A stretch of DNA of 63,978 nt, counting the filler, from Klebsormidium nitens (taxonomy: Eukaryota > Plantae > Klebsormidiophyceae), in assembly GCA_000708835.1 (NCBI GenBank). It is 7 parts of 7 records of this genome, joined end to end, with 100 filler letters (N's around TTAATTAATTAA, not from the genome) between each part and the next. Parts side by side here need not be neighbours in the genome. Positions count along the whole stretch, not along the records: positions 1 to 18,775 come from DF237958.1; 6 more parts are not named here. One strand, given 5' to 3'. Each line of letters begins with the position of its first letter. The stretch's first letter is position 1. Positions 1-12,700 of this stretch are shown here, piece after piece. The notes below the pieces were generated by a model. It did not search any database and was not told the DNA's origin. It worked only from the letters and a program-made list of their open reading frames with translations. A program made the translations under genes and the position numbers.

Positions 1-253
1 CTCCTTCTCCGCCTTCTCCCCCTCCACTTCACCCGTTCTGGAGGCTTCGCCGCTCTCTCCTCCAGGCTTCGACTTCTCTGCGCCTCCCTGGAATTCCTCC
101 AACGCTCCCTCCACCACCTCGGCACGCTCACCGGACGATTTAGCCCCTACGCCAGGCCCCTGCTTCGCTTTCGTCTCCTTGCGTTTCTCCGTTTTAGCCC
201 CTTCTTCCGGCCCCCGCGCTGTTGTTTTCCCCTTGTCCTTTGCCTTCGACGTT

Positions 254-2160
254 TCAGCCCCTCCCTGGGGCCCCTGCGCAGCCCTTGTAGTGCGGCGCGC
301 TGCATCGCTCTTCCCTTTCTCTCGCGCCTCCCGTTCGACCTGCTTGGGGGGCTTCCACCGTTCTTTATTTGGGTTTGGGTCATAGACCTTGGTATCACGT
401 CGGTCCACGACGTGCTCTACAGCCTCTTGCAGTGGGAGTTTGTCGTCCTCATTTCGGATGCCTCGGATCCGTTTTGCTAGGTCCAAGTCTTTTTTCATCA
501 GAGTCTTCCGCTTTCCGTGTGCTTGGCAGAATACAGCGTCTCCGAACAGCCCCACGACGAAGTCCTGACTTGCCTCCAACAGGGCGTCCAACGCCGACGC
601 CTGCCACCTGCAAGATAGTCATCAAGACATCAGTGCAAAGCTCGAACATAGTCTAGTTTATCTCCCGCATGATGTCCGGAACCCCGCCAATGTACCCGCT
701 TTCGGAGAATAGCCGGTCCACGGCTGGAGTGTTGCAGAGTTTGTCACTCATGATATCCAAAATCTCAATGATGCGCCTACTTTCGGAGATGGCCCGGCCG
801 CAGTCTTGTCAGCGATTACTTTCGGAAAGCTGGCTGCTGGATCGGATCATGGGCCCAGAGCAAAGCAGACCGCATGCTCCCAGAACCTTGAACTTAATAG
901 AGAAAGCTCTTCAGTCCATAATAACGACCGCCCACATCATCAAAAAACTTACCTGAGGTCTTGTTGTTTCAAATACGTGCTGCACAGGCGCTTCACGATC
1001 CGAGCGAATGTGCTTTTTGGAATGAGGAAGTCCGTGCTCTTCTGGTACTTCCTGATTTCTCTGAGCGCTAAGGTGCCCGGCTTGTACCGGCGCGGCTTCT
1101 TCTCGGGCCGCGGGGGCGTGATCGCCACCGATGATTTCCGCTTGGCTCCAACCACCGCCTTTCCACTGCCTCCCTTTTCGAGCGTTTGCTTCCCCTCCCC
1201 AGCTGCCGGCTTCCCGATGGCGCCCGTCGGAGCCACTTTCTTCTCTTTTTGGGCACCCCCTGAGCCCTTCTGCCCCGTGGCCCCTGCTGCCTCCGGCTTG
1301 CCTGCAAGCAACGCCGCCCCAGCCACCGGCTTCTTGCCCCCCACCACGCCCCAGACGCTATTTGGCTTCCGACCTGTTGCTTTGCTTCGCCGCTTCTTTT
1401 GAGGCTGCTTGCCGGCCGTCACGAGTTCTCTCGAGGTCTTTCCGAAGCTTTCTAATGCTGCCTTGTGCCTCCTGAGCTGCTCCGCTGGGTCCATTTCCCG
1501 ACCAGGATCTCCCAACATCGACTGCAGCTCCCCCCCTTCTTCTTCCTCTTCAACCTCTTCGGGCGCTTCCTCCCCTCGTGCATGTTGCTTAAACATCATC
1601 TCGGCTTGCAGCTCCGATTCGGTGGGCGCATCGGGATCGCCTTCCCCCGCCGCATTCAAGTGTCCGCTTTTCTGAGGGTTGTCGTCGTCAGGTTCTGAGT
1701 CTCCGAAGGGTTTCTCAAATGGGGCATTCCACCTTACAAGCTCCTCAAGTTCCGCCATGTATTCTTCTGGGCTTATAACGCCCCGCTCCTTTCGGACTTC
1801 TTCCGGACTCGCCCCTTCCTCTGTCTGCATGGTCTCTCGCGGAGGAGATTGCTCCCCGTTGAGCTCTGCAAACTTTGCTTGATAATGAGCTTCCGCCTCC
1901 GCTTTTTTCTCGGGGGACCACTTGTTTTGCGTAGCAAGAGTTTCCACGTATGACAGATAATCCTCTAGTCCCCAATCGGCATGAAGGCCAAACTCGTCCA
2001 CCTCTAGTATGTCGATTGCAGGTTCGGACTCAATCGGCGGGACTTGCGCTCCCCCCGGGTTCTCCGAGTCACCAACAACTTCATCCTCCGGCGCGGCCAC
2101 CTTCTCCGCTTGGTGGCCCCGTTGCAATCTTTGTCGCATGCTGATGCGCGGCCTTTGCAA
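254..2160 (-). CDS. Histone H3-like (CenH3-like) protein A with ~350-aa acidic/basic N-terminal extension and C-terminal tail; 2 exons (2160..953, 607..254)
   Basis: Exon 1 ends [49 protein letters not shown] with donor AG|GTAAG at 952. After acceptor TTGCAG| at 608, exon 2 reads [49 protein letters not shown], completing the histone fold. The 3' end is uncertain: in-frame stop at 254-256, while another frame stays open to the window edge. Confidence 0.88.
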
Positions 2161-3390
2161 ATGAAGGAAGCGTTGGAAGCTTGCGGCTGATCGGAGGCGG
2201 CGCCCTTTAAGCGAGAGAGACCACGAAAAATGATGTTGTAAGGCAGACTTTTGACGAACTTGCGATGGATTGTTCGATGTTAGGGTTTGCTTAGGGTTTC
2301 GTGCATGCGAAGGCGAATGTCACGCTCCCGCTCTTTTACTTCATTTTCGACGATATAGCTCCTGCAGCCTATGTCGGTCGACTCAAGGCTCACAAAATCG
2401 AACCCGGTCGAAAGTCGACGATTAGCGGGTCCTACACCTCTGCTGCAGCCTGTCAAGCTATCGAAATCGAACGCAAATTACGAAACGCCTTGGATAGACT
2501 TTCAAACCCGGCCCATGCACGGCCAAATCTCTGGTTGCTTGCATGGTAGGGGTCAAAGTTGGAAGGCGCTCAAAACAGCCGCCACCATCCATTGGCGTTG
2601 CTTCCACTGCGCTTGATAATGAGAGCNNNNNNNNNNNNNNNNNNNNNNNNNNNNNNNNNNNNNNNNNNNNNNNNNNNNNNNNNNNNNNNNNNNNNNNNNN
2701 NNNNNNNNNNNNNNNNNNNNNNNNNNNNNNNNNNNNNNNNNNNNNNNNNNNNNNNNNNNNNNNNNNNNNNNNNNNNNNNNNNNNNNNNNNNNNNNNNNNN
2801 NNNNNNNNNNNNNNNNNNNNNNNNNNNNNNNNNNNNNNNNNNNNNNNNNNNNNNNNNNNNNNNNNNNNNNNNNNNNNNNNNNNNNNNNNNNNNNNNNNNN
2901 NNNNNNNNNNNNNNNNNNNNNNNNNNNNNNNNNNNNNNNNNNNNNNNNNNNNNNNNNNNNNNNNNNNNNNNNNNNNNNNNNNNNNNNNNNNNNNNNNNNN
3001 NNNNNNNNNNNNNNNNNNNNNNNNNNNNNNNNNNNNNNNNNNNNNNNNNNNNNNNNNNNNNNNNNNNNNNNNNNNNNNNNNNNNNNNNNNNNNNNNNNNN
3101 NNNNNNNNNNNNNNNNNNNNNNNNNNNNNNNNNNNNNNNNNNNNNNNNNNNNNNNNNNNNNNNNNNNNNNNNNNNNNNNNNNNNNNNNNNNNNNNNNNNN
3201 NNNNNNNNNNNNNNNNNNNNNNNNNNNNNNNNNNNNNNNNNNNNNNNNNNNNNNNNNNNNNNNNNNNNNNNNNNNNNNNNNNNNNNNNNNNNNNNNNNNN
3301 NNNNNNNNNNNNNNNNNNNNNNNNNNNNNNNNNNNNNNNNNNNNNNNNNNNNNNNNNNNNNNNNNNNNNNNNNNNNNNNNNNNNNNNNNN

Positions 3391-5319
3391 CTAGAAAGGC
3401 AGAGAAGCACGCCAAGGGGCAGGCGGCCGCACTAGCTGCATTCCAGGCAGCGAGCAAAGCTGCTCCCCCTCAAATGAAAAAGGCCTCTAACAGGAAGTCC
3501 TTTGCTAAGCTCGGGCCAACGGGAAGGCCGAAGCCTGGTGCCGCGGTGCTCAAGCTACCAGGGGGAAGCAGCAAGGATAAGGGGAAAGCTCCAGAGCAAG
3601 GTGGCCCCAAGAAGGCACCAGCACGGGACACACCCACCAAGAAGCCGCCAGCAGGTATGAGCTTCTGAACGCGTTGCAAATTGCCGGGCCTCTTTTTGTC
3701 AGCTCAATGCCCTTGACTTCTGCAGTTTAGCTTAGCGGGTGGTATCCCAAACAGGTTGCATGAGCGGATTGTGGTATATGGGCTGTAGAAGTTGAGCTCA
3801 AAAGTGACCGGTTCATGAGCGATCTAGGGTTAGGTGCGAGCCAATTGTCCCTCAACATGCTGCTTGGGCGCCCCTTGGTACACCAACTGCCAAGATGTGC
3901 TCAATGCTTTGTACCTTAGCAATTTCAGCTGGGAGTTTGTTCAAAACTTGGTGCATGCTCTCGTTTTAGAGTGGTGGGCGCTCACGCTGATTGCAATGCA
4001 ATTGGTTTATTGCAAAAACAGAGCTGGTGGTGAGTTTGTTCAAAAGTAGGTGCATGCTCGCTGTGCCAGGTTTGAGGCTCTTTTTGTCAGCTCATTGCAC
4101 TTGGTTTGAGCATTCTCAACGAGCGGGTTGTTTCCCAAACAGGGTGCATGAGCAGATAATGGTATATGGGCTGTAAAGGTTGAGCTCAATTTGATCAGTT
4201 GGTGAGCGTTCAAGGCATATTTTGGGAGCGGATTCTTCCTCAAAACGTGATGATTGGGCGTCTCTCGGTACACCAACTGCCAACTTGTGGTCCTTTCACT
4301 GGTTTCATAGCCGTTCAGCTAGATGTTTCTTCAAACCTAAATGTATGCTCTCATTTTAGTATGGTGGGCTCTTGTGTGGAACGTAATGCAATTGGTTTGT
4401 TGCAAGATATAAACACTTTGTCTCTTCAGCAGGCAACAAGCGCAAGGCGCCAGAAGGTCCAGCCCCCACCTCGAAGCGGGATCCGAAGAAGCCGCATCGG
4501 TACAGGCCGGGCACCCTAGCGCTCAGGGAGATCCGGAAGTACCAAAAGAGCACGGAACCTGTCGTCCCCAGGCTCTCGTTTGGTCGCCTCGTGCGGGAGC
4601 TGTGCGATACGGAGTGGAGGAAGCGGGGCGATCGGGATTACAACCTGAGGTTAGAATCTATTTTAAACTGTATACTTGAGTGCCTTGTTCGAATTACTAC
4701 GTCGGGCTGTCAAGTGGAGCTTCAAGCTGGTCGAAACGAGCATCTTTATCGAAGATTTGTGGTATCTAGTATCTGCCTGAGCTTAAACGAGCTGCCCAAG
4801 ATTGCCGTTGAGCTGGCAGATAAACAAAATTTGCTCGCGCTTGCACTTTGATGATGTGGGCGACAACCTTCTTTACGAAGGAAGCGGGAATTATCTAGCA
4901 TATCTAGCGCTGCAAAACGCATGCAGGCTTTATTGCACTGGCTGACAGAACCAACTCCCAGAGTCTCTCTGCTCTGACAACTGTCCTCTCTACTCGAACG
5001 GTCCATTTCCAATAGTGCGTAAGCTATTGGTATACTTGAAAATGATACGGGGTTGGAAAACTGTCCAATATCCAAGGATCCTAACCCTCAGACCCGATTC
5101 TTTTTCAGGTGGCAGTCGTCCGCTCTTGACGCGCTTTTGGAGGCGAGCCAAGACTTCATCGTGGGCCTCTTCGGGGACGCCATCTTCTGTGTTGCGCACG
5201 GCAAGCGCAAGACCCTTCAGGTGAAGGACTTGGACCTGGCGCGCAGGATCCGCGGGATCCGCGACGACAACGATAGACTGCCTCTGCAAAGGGAGGTGGA
5301 GCACGGGCGCTCCTACGAC
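3391..5319 (+). CDS. Histone H3-like (CenH3-like) protein B; exons <=3391..3654, 4433..4649, 5109..>=5319 (both ends in gaps)
   Basis: Spliced translation: ...KKPPAG|[72 protein letters not shown]|[57 protein letters not shown] introns at 3655..4432 and 4650..5108; the second is at the same codon position as in gene A. A Gly-rich tail may continue after the gap to about 6031. Confidence 0.88.
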
Positions 5320-6342
5320 NNNNNNNNNNNNNNNNNNNNNNNNNNNNNNNNNNNNNNNNNNNNNNNNNNNNNNNNNNNNNNNNNNNNNNNNNNNNNNNNN
5401 NNNNNNNNNNNNNNNNNNNNNNNNNNNNNNNNNNNNNNNNNNNNNNNNNNNNNNNNNNNNNNNNNNNNNNNNNNNNNNNNNNNNNNNNNNNNNNNNNNNN
5501 NNNNNNNNNNNNNNNNNNNNNNNNNNNNNNNNNNNNNNNNNNNNNNNNNNNNNNNNNNNNNNNNNNNNNNNNNNNNNNNNNNNNNNNNNNNNNNNNNNNN
5601 NNNNNNNNNNNNNNNNNNNNNNNNNNNNNNNNNNNNNNNNNNNNNNNNNNNNNNNNNNNNNNNNNNNNNNNNNNNNNNNNNNNNNNNNNNNNNNNNNNNN
5701 NNNNNNNNNNNNNNNNNNNNNNNNNNNNNNNNNNNNNNNNNNNNNNNNNNNNNNNNNNNNNNNNNNNNNNNNNNNNNNNNNNNNNNNNNNNNNNNNNNNN
5801 NNNNNNNNNNNNNNNNNNNNNNNNNNNNNNNNNNNNNNNNNNNNNNNNNNNNNNNNNNNNNNNNNNNNNNNNNNNNNNNNNNNNNNNNNNNNNNNNNNNN
5901 NNNNNNCGGAAGATGTGGATACGGGTGGCCGGGGCCTTGGTGGCGGGTCTCCGGAGAAAGGATCTGGTGGTGCTGGGGGAGTTAGTGGTGCGTCTGCCTG
6001 TCTGTTTCGATTAGGTTTGTTAGGGTTTTGATCTGCCGGTTTCGCAACGAACGATCGTGTCAGTTACATTTGTTTATGGTGTATTGCGTGGGCAAGCTTT
6101 CTTTGCCGCACATTTTGCAGTAGCGTCATAAAAGACCTAAGTAAGACAGGCTAATGCCTTAAAGACTTGAACAAGATTGATATAATTGACACATCGTAAC
6201 GGCATCCTTTCGTTGTATTCACGTGCTTTGTCTCGAACAAAAGTCCGTCTCGGAGTCGCGCTCCTGTGCCATATCCAAATGTAGCCATGAGTATTAATGC
6301 GAGCATCATATACATAAACGATTCTGTTTGGGAACTTTGTAG

Positions 6343-8510
6343 ATTCTGCGCCTCCTCCTGAGTTCTTCAATGTCAAGATCGACGTCTCCGCGACGCTAGC
6401 CGCTAATGCAGCGGCTTTGGACGGCAGCCCAGCATACTGCCAGCTGTACAGCACGTGGCGGCAGGCGTGGCAGGGAGAGCTGACCCCGGACGGCCGAGTG
6501 GCCATCGGCGTTATGGTCAACTTTTTGGAAGGCGAACGGCGGAAGGCCATCCGCTCAGGTACCCTACTACGTATGCTCATTGGAAGCAAGTGTTTGCAGC
6601 CTTGGAATTTGGAGTTCTCCCGTTGCAAGCATCATTCAACAGTCAAACTCTTCCAAGCTATTTTGAAGCATTTGGGTGATTGTAGTAGACTCCAGCACCT
6701 CGTTCTCCCGAATCGCAGCGTTTCCAATATGACAAAAAGATCGACGTTTCAGGAAATCTTGCGCGTACCTTAGCTAAAGCGGGGCATATCAAATTTGGAC
6801 TGTGTAGCTCGTTTCTTGGAAATGATGCGGGCGATTCATGACTCTGAAGTCTGCGTTTACATCCCTGCAGCAGCTGGCGGTGAGGACGCCGGGGACAGGT
6901 GGAGGCTTCGGCTGAGAAACATCCACGAGCTGTTCTCGAAGGGGACGGCGAAACGGGGGCAGGGGGTTTTAAACGAGGCGCCAGCGGATTCGAGATGGGG
7001 AGCGGGGCCGGAGGGGCGGACTGTGTCCCTTGAAGACGCAACTCTGTATGTCCTCACGGCCCGAATGGAACAAGAGGAGTGGGTCTCCCCACCCTTGCAC
7101 GTCATCGACTGGAGGTCGCAGAGGAAGCAGTGGTCCAAGGAGGGGCTCAGTGAAGCGGCGCAACAGGAGATGGAGGTGGAGACGGTGGCAGCCGTGCTAA
7201 GAAAGCTCCCGGTCTTTGTGTTAGAGGGGTTAGGGCCGTACTATTCGGCAACGCAGCTAAAGTACGCCACGGGCACCAACTCCCACGTTCTAACACTGTA
7301 CCGCTTCATCCGGGACGCGAAGCGGCTGGGCGGAAGGGACCGGGAGAAAGACGAGCCGGAGTTTGATGGGTTCGAGCTGAAGGGAGGCCTTCCATTGGCG
7401 GGAAGGCCGACGGGCGCGCTGCCGGACCCTAACCTGCTTCGGGCGATTGGGTACGACGGTGCCCTTCTAGATGGAGGAGCGGCAGGCGCGGCTTCGAGTT
7501 CGAGTGGGGCGATCACCGTGGCCGCAGCTGCTCCGCAGCTGATCGTCCAGCCTGGGGAGATGTTTGCGACCGGCAGAGCGCCCGACGAGCTCGCCAAGGT
7601 GGTCGTGCGGACGGCACTTTGGAAGGAGCTGCCGTTGGAAGAGACTATGCAGAGGGCGGTGTACCAGTGCGAGGCTGCCGGAGGCGCTCATCTGGAGCTC
7701 AGGAGAAGCTTCATCCGGATCTTGGCCGACACGCTGAATGGCGCCGACCCACTGGCGGCTGGGCGGAGGGACGAGGAAGGCGGGCGGAACGCAAGCGAGC
7801 TGGAGAAAGGAGAACTTCGTGGGGAAAGCGGGTCATTGGAGGAGGAGGAGGAGGAGGAGGCGGACAACGGGGAAGGGTTGGAAGACTACGAGTCCGAGGA
7901 TGACGCCGGGTCGGTGGATTTGGAAGCGGACGACGACGAGATGGTGCCGCGCTTCCTCAACGAAAAAGAGGGCCGGGACACGTACGGTCCCGCGCCAGTG
8001 CGGGGGCTGGGAGACATGGGGCGGGGCTTCTGGCAGGACTTCGAGGTTCCGGACGAGTTGGTCATGATCCAGACCAACTACGATCCGGAGCTGGCGGAAA
8101 AGTTCCTCGCCAGGAACAACCTTTGGAAGGCCTCCATGTTGTCCAGAATCTTGCCCGTCACCGTCCAGTTCAACACTCCTGCCGAGGAGGTGTTCTTCGC
8201 CGAGGCGGTCATCCGGACGGCCTTCCCGGGCATGCAGGAGCACGGTCGGTCGCTGCACATGCAGGCGCTGCAGGTCGCCAATGGTGCCCCAATAGAGGCG
8301 ACCGATCACGGCACGAGCGAGCAGCTGGCCCGGATTGCGTGGCGGCGGCGGGCGGAGGAGGAAACCGAGCCTGACGACGGCATGATGCTGACAGAGGCTG
8401 AACGGGAGTGGAAAAGGAAGCGTCTCGAGGACCAGGCCCTGCTGGGGGAGCGCGCGGAGTATGAGATTGCGGCGGCCGCGATCGATTACAAGCGGCAGAA
8501 GAGGACTTAG
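6343..8510 (+). CDS. Unknown multi-exon protein with acidic tract
   Basis: 571-aa open frame 6795..8510, GC-rich from about 6870 after a CTGCAG acceptor. Upstream exon about 6343..6557 (TTGTAG acceptor, CAG|GTACC donor). Poly-Glu/Asp segment. No family recognised. Confidence 0.6.
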
Positions 8511-9735
8511 AGTCGTTGTTTCCGTAGGGATTTTGATTGGTACGTAGTTAGGTTCGAGTGTGTTTAGGCTTGGCGCATGATGTCCAAAAGTCGCTTAGAG
8601 CATGGGCGTTTGGAAATGACGCGTTAGGCCGTAGATGACGTCCTGCAGAACACAATTCTGACTGTATGTGTGTTTTTTGCTTTTAGGGTTTTTGCAGACT
8701 TGTTTGATGTTTGTATAAGGATCGTACTAGACAAGTTTCGTGCCTTGGCAATGGACCGCCAGTGCTTTGAAGCCGATAACGTGTCCACGAATGCAATAAA
8801 AACAAGCTTCCCTTTTTGTTTGCACGCCGATGATCAGCGCGCTCTCCATCATCATGTTCCAAATATGTTTGGTATTTCGATCAAAGAGAACATCGACCTT
8901 CGTCATGGTTAGTAGCACATTTGTAAACTATACGCGTCGATCCCTGGTTATGTATGATGACAATTCATATAAAAAATTGATACATATAATAGGAGCATGT
9001 GAGGAACCGATCACATGATTTTATGACAGTCGTTTGTCCGTGGTTATGGTAATAATGTACATCCAAACATGTACCGTACGCACAAAGTAATACGCAGAGC
9101 TGATTGAGCATGCATATCGTAGACTAGCTAGGTGTTTTTAAATCACGAAGCATACTCAACTCCGAATTGCGGCGCATGCACATGCCACAACGTATACGTC
9201 TGATTGACTGCAATAATACGAAGTAATCCATCTTTCTAAATTTGAANNNNNNNNNNNNNNNNNNNNNNNNNNNNNNNNNNNNNNNNNNNNNNNNNNNNNN
9301 NNNNNNNNNNNNNNNNNNNNNNNNNNNNNNNNNNNNNNNNNNNNNNNNNNNNNNNNNNNNNNNNNNNNNNNNNNNNNNNNNNNNNNNNNNNNNNNNNNNN
9401 NNNNNNNNNNNNNNNNNNNNNNNNNNNNNNNNNNNNNNNNNNNNNNNNNNNNNNNNNNNNNNNNNNNNNNNNNNNNNNNNNNNNNNNNNNNNNNNNNNNN
9501 GTACATAGTCCCGGCTGTTGAACGAACAAAAAATCTCAGCGCGGATGGTTCCAACATCGGCGCTCTTTCCATAGTATTAATATTGACGGCATGCATGACC
9601 AACTCGTTGGATCACTATGCCACCATTCAATTGTAATTTTACGCCGCGAAGTTGCTGCTTATTATTTGGCCAGTAAAGCGCCGCTAAGTTCGAGCATGGT
9701 ACAATTTAATAGAGACATTGTTTGATTGTTCACCC

Positions 9736-12700
9736 TCATCTAAAGTAGAGGTTTCTGTACACTAGACGTTTGTTATGCGTGAACGTGTGCTTGGGAACCA
9801 TCATTTCTACCGACTTGATGCTACTGATGGAGAGAACCTGGCAATAAGGCGTGCCTTCTGGTCGCCCCGGCATCCGAGCCCACTCTAATTGCGGACACTT
9901 TGTAGCATCCAAGAAACCAACCTCGTTATACCATCGCACGAACACCAGCTCGTGCGGCACCTTGGTAGGTACCCTTCGCCTCAAAGCATTATCCCACACG
10001 GACTTCCGCTCGAACGCTCTGAAAAACATATGGGCCTTCCCGTACCACGTGTGGTTCACCGGGTCGTCTGGAGAGTCGGACGCGAAGGCCAAGTCGCTGA
10101 GGACCACGCTCCCGTGGAAGTCGGCGCTCGCTCTCGCCTGCTGAAGCCGGTCTCGGCCTCCAACATGCGGTACCACGTAGCACGAGTTGACCACCTCAAT
10201 CTGCAAACGGGAGCGGGTTTCAGGGCCACTATTCACAAACAATAGCGTAGCAGTCTGAACAGTGTGCCAAAGATAAAGCCGTCATCGAAGCATTACTAGC
10301 AACAAGGAAACCACGATATTGCATGTTGTTCCGAGTCCGATGCACGACTGCATTCTGCTCACACGATCAGCGAGTTTGTCGTCGAGGTAACCCATAAGGT
10401 CCAAACCGCGAAGCTGGGCCGGCGGCAATTGCGCCTCCCCGGCGAAGTACAGAGCGAGAGCTGTGGGGAGCTCCGACAGAAGGGGGATGCTGCGCATCCA
10501 CTGGAGGAGTAGGCGGCGTTGCTCCCAGCCTGCGCATGCGTACAAAGTTCAAAGGTCGTAAGTAAAAGATCGTGTAAGCGTGAAACGGCGTTGTGACATC
10601 GCGCACAATTTCCAAAAACAAGCGGCGCTGCGGCGATTTTGATATGATCCGGAGCAGCTGCTTTCCTGGCACAGGATATAAAAAGATCTGAACAGATAGC
10701 TTCTTTTGTAATCTGCGCGCGTGGCTTCTCAGTACGATCTCAAGCATGCAGCTTGAAGGTACTCCGGACTCTATTGCAGGTAGTAAGAGTCGAGCCAGAA
10801 CTCACCTCGAACGAGGAGGTCATTCGCTCGGTCAGGCGAAACCAACAGGTTTGGGATGAAGATTGTGAACAGCTCGGTCTTGTTCAACCGGTTCTCTCCA
10901 CCGGTCGAGTTGGCATCCAGCGCAGCAAGAGCAGCTGAGTCGTACACATCCCGCCTCTGCAACTCCGTCAGCTCCGCCCGCTGGGCCTCGACGGACTCTA
11001 TTGCGAGGGTGTTGTTCCAACTGCGGTTCCAAAACAAAGCGACACATTTTTGAGAAATGTATACAGTATGAAAGACGATGCTTTCAACCCTGCAAGCGCC
11101 GCTCAAAGCAATAGCTCATCAGTAGGCAGCCCGATANNNNNNNNNNNNNNNNNNNNNNNNNNNNNNNNNNNNNNNNNNNNNNNNNNNNNNNNNNNNNNNN
11201 NNNNNNNNNNNNNNNNNNNNNNNNNNNNNNNNNNNNNNNNNNNNNNNNNNNNNNNNNNNNNNNNNNNNNNNNNNNNNNNNNNNNNNNNNNNNNNNNNNNN
11301 NNNNNNNNNNNNNNNNNNNNNNNNNNNNNNNNNNNNNNNNNNNNNNNNNNNNNNNNNNNNNNNNNNNNNNNNNNNNNNNNNNNNNNNNNNNNNNNNNNNN
11401 NNNNNNNNNNNNNNNNNNNNNNNNNNNNNNNNNNNNNNNNNNNNNNNNNNNNNNNNNNNNNNNNNNNNNNNNNNNNNNNNNNNNNNNNNNNNNNNNNNNN
11501 NNNNNNNNNNNNNNNNNNNNNNNNNNNNNNNNNNNNNNNNNNNNNNNNNNNNNNNNNNNNNNNNNNNNCCCACTCGCAGAGGGCCACCGCCCACTCCGCA
11601 AGAACGTCCTTGCTGCGAATCTTACAGATTCCGACCACCATTAGAGGGAGAACCTGCAGGATCGCTTTCCACTCGTACGCCGGCGTGTTGCAGGGCTTGG
11701 TGAAGAAGTCCTTCTTGGAGGGGAGACGCAGGCCGCTTGGCCGGTATTTCAGGTACACCTGCACAAATGGAACCGCGCGGAATGAGGACAAGCAGTTTAC
11801 TTAGGAGAGGCAGGTTCGATAATGAAACGCAACATCTGTTTGCTTGGGAAACAGCATGTCGGGAGCGAATCGGACAATGCGTCAGAATGTGTACAATTTA
11901 AAACACACCTGATGCAACCGCACGTCCATGAAACTCATGAACGCGGGTTCCCCCATCGGCAAGGCCCTCCCGACCGCCCCAAGGATCCCGATGAAGTGGT
12001 GGCCGAGGATGCCACCAAAGATGGTATGAAGATCGTCAGGGGCCATCTTGCTGTAGACGTTGTTCCAGAAGCGGTCCGAGTAGTTCCACTCCCAAAACCA
12101 CGGCTGCATACAGATGCGAGGAGCTGTTCACAAGCTTTCCAAAACATCTCACAAAGGCGCCTTGTTGGAAATGATGTGACGGCCGTAGCTTATTCTAAGA
12201 CGGAGCAATAGGTTGACTCGCCTGATTTCCTAAACACCCACACATATCGATATTTTGGAAACGGTGCGTCGCTCACGTTGATCCTCACCTCCGAAAAGTG
12301 GATGCCATGCTCCTTGTTGAGCTCCAGGATCCTTGCATGGGGCGCCCTCTCGTCGCGCTTCCGCTGCATCTGTTGGACGACCCCCCACATGTCGTCCTCT
12401 AACCGCGCGTCGTACGCACCTTGGTTCGCCCGAGTCACCAAGTGCATCTCGGTTGTTGGGACCAGGCAGGAGTCGCAAGAGTTGGACCTTACCCCCGAGA
12501 TTGATGAAGCCTCGCCGAGATCTTTGGAGATCACATAGATGAAAGGAACAGCGTTGTGCTGTGCGCCGTTAGGGTCCGTCACCTGAAACCCCGTGTAGGA
12601 CGCTTCCCGAGTGGTTTCGAAGACAATGCTCATGGACCAGTTCATGAAGAACCGGCAGGTCTCCTTCAACCCCTCTGATCGGGGTTTGTAGCCAGGCCCG

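Noticed and set aside
949-5319. Calling the histone genes canonical H3 or the host CENH3
   Set aside because: They lack the ARTKQTARKS tail and carry long extensions. Orthology to true CENH3 cannot be shown without a phylogeny.
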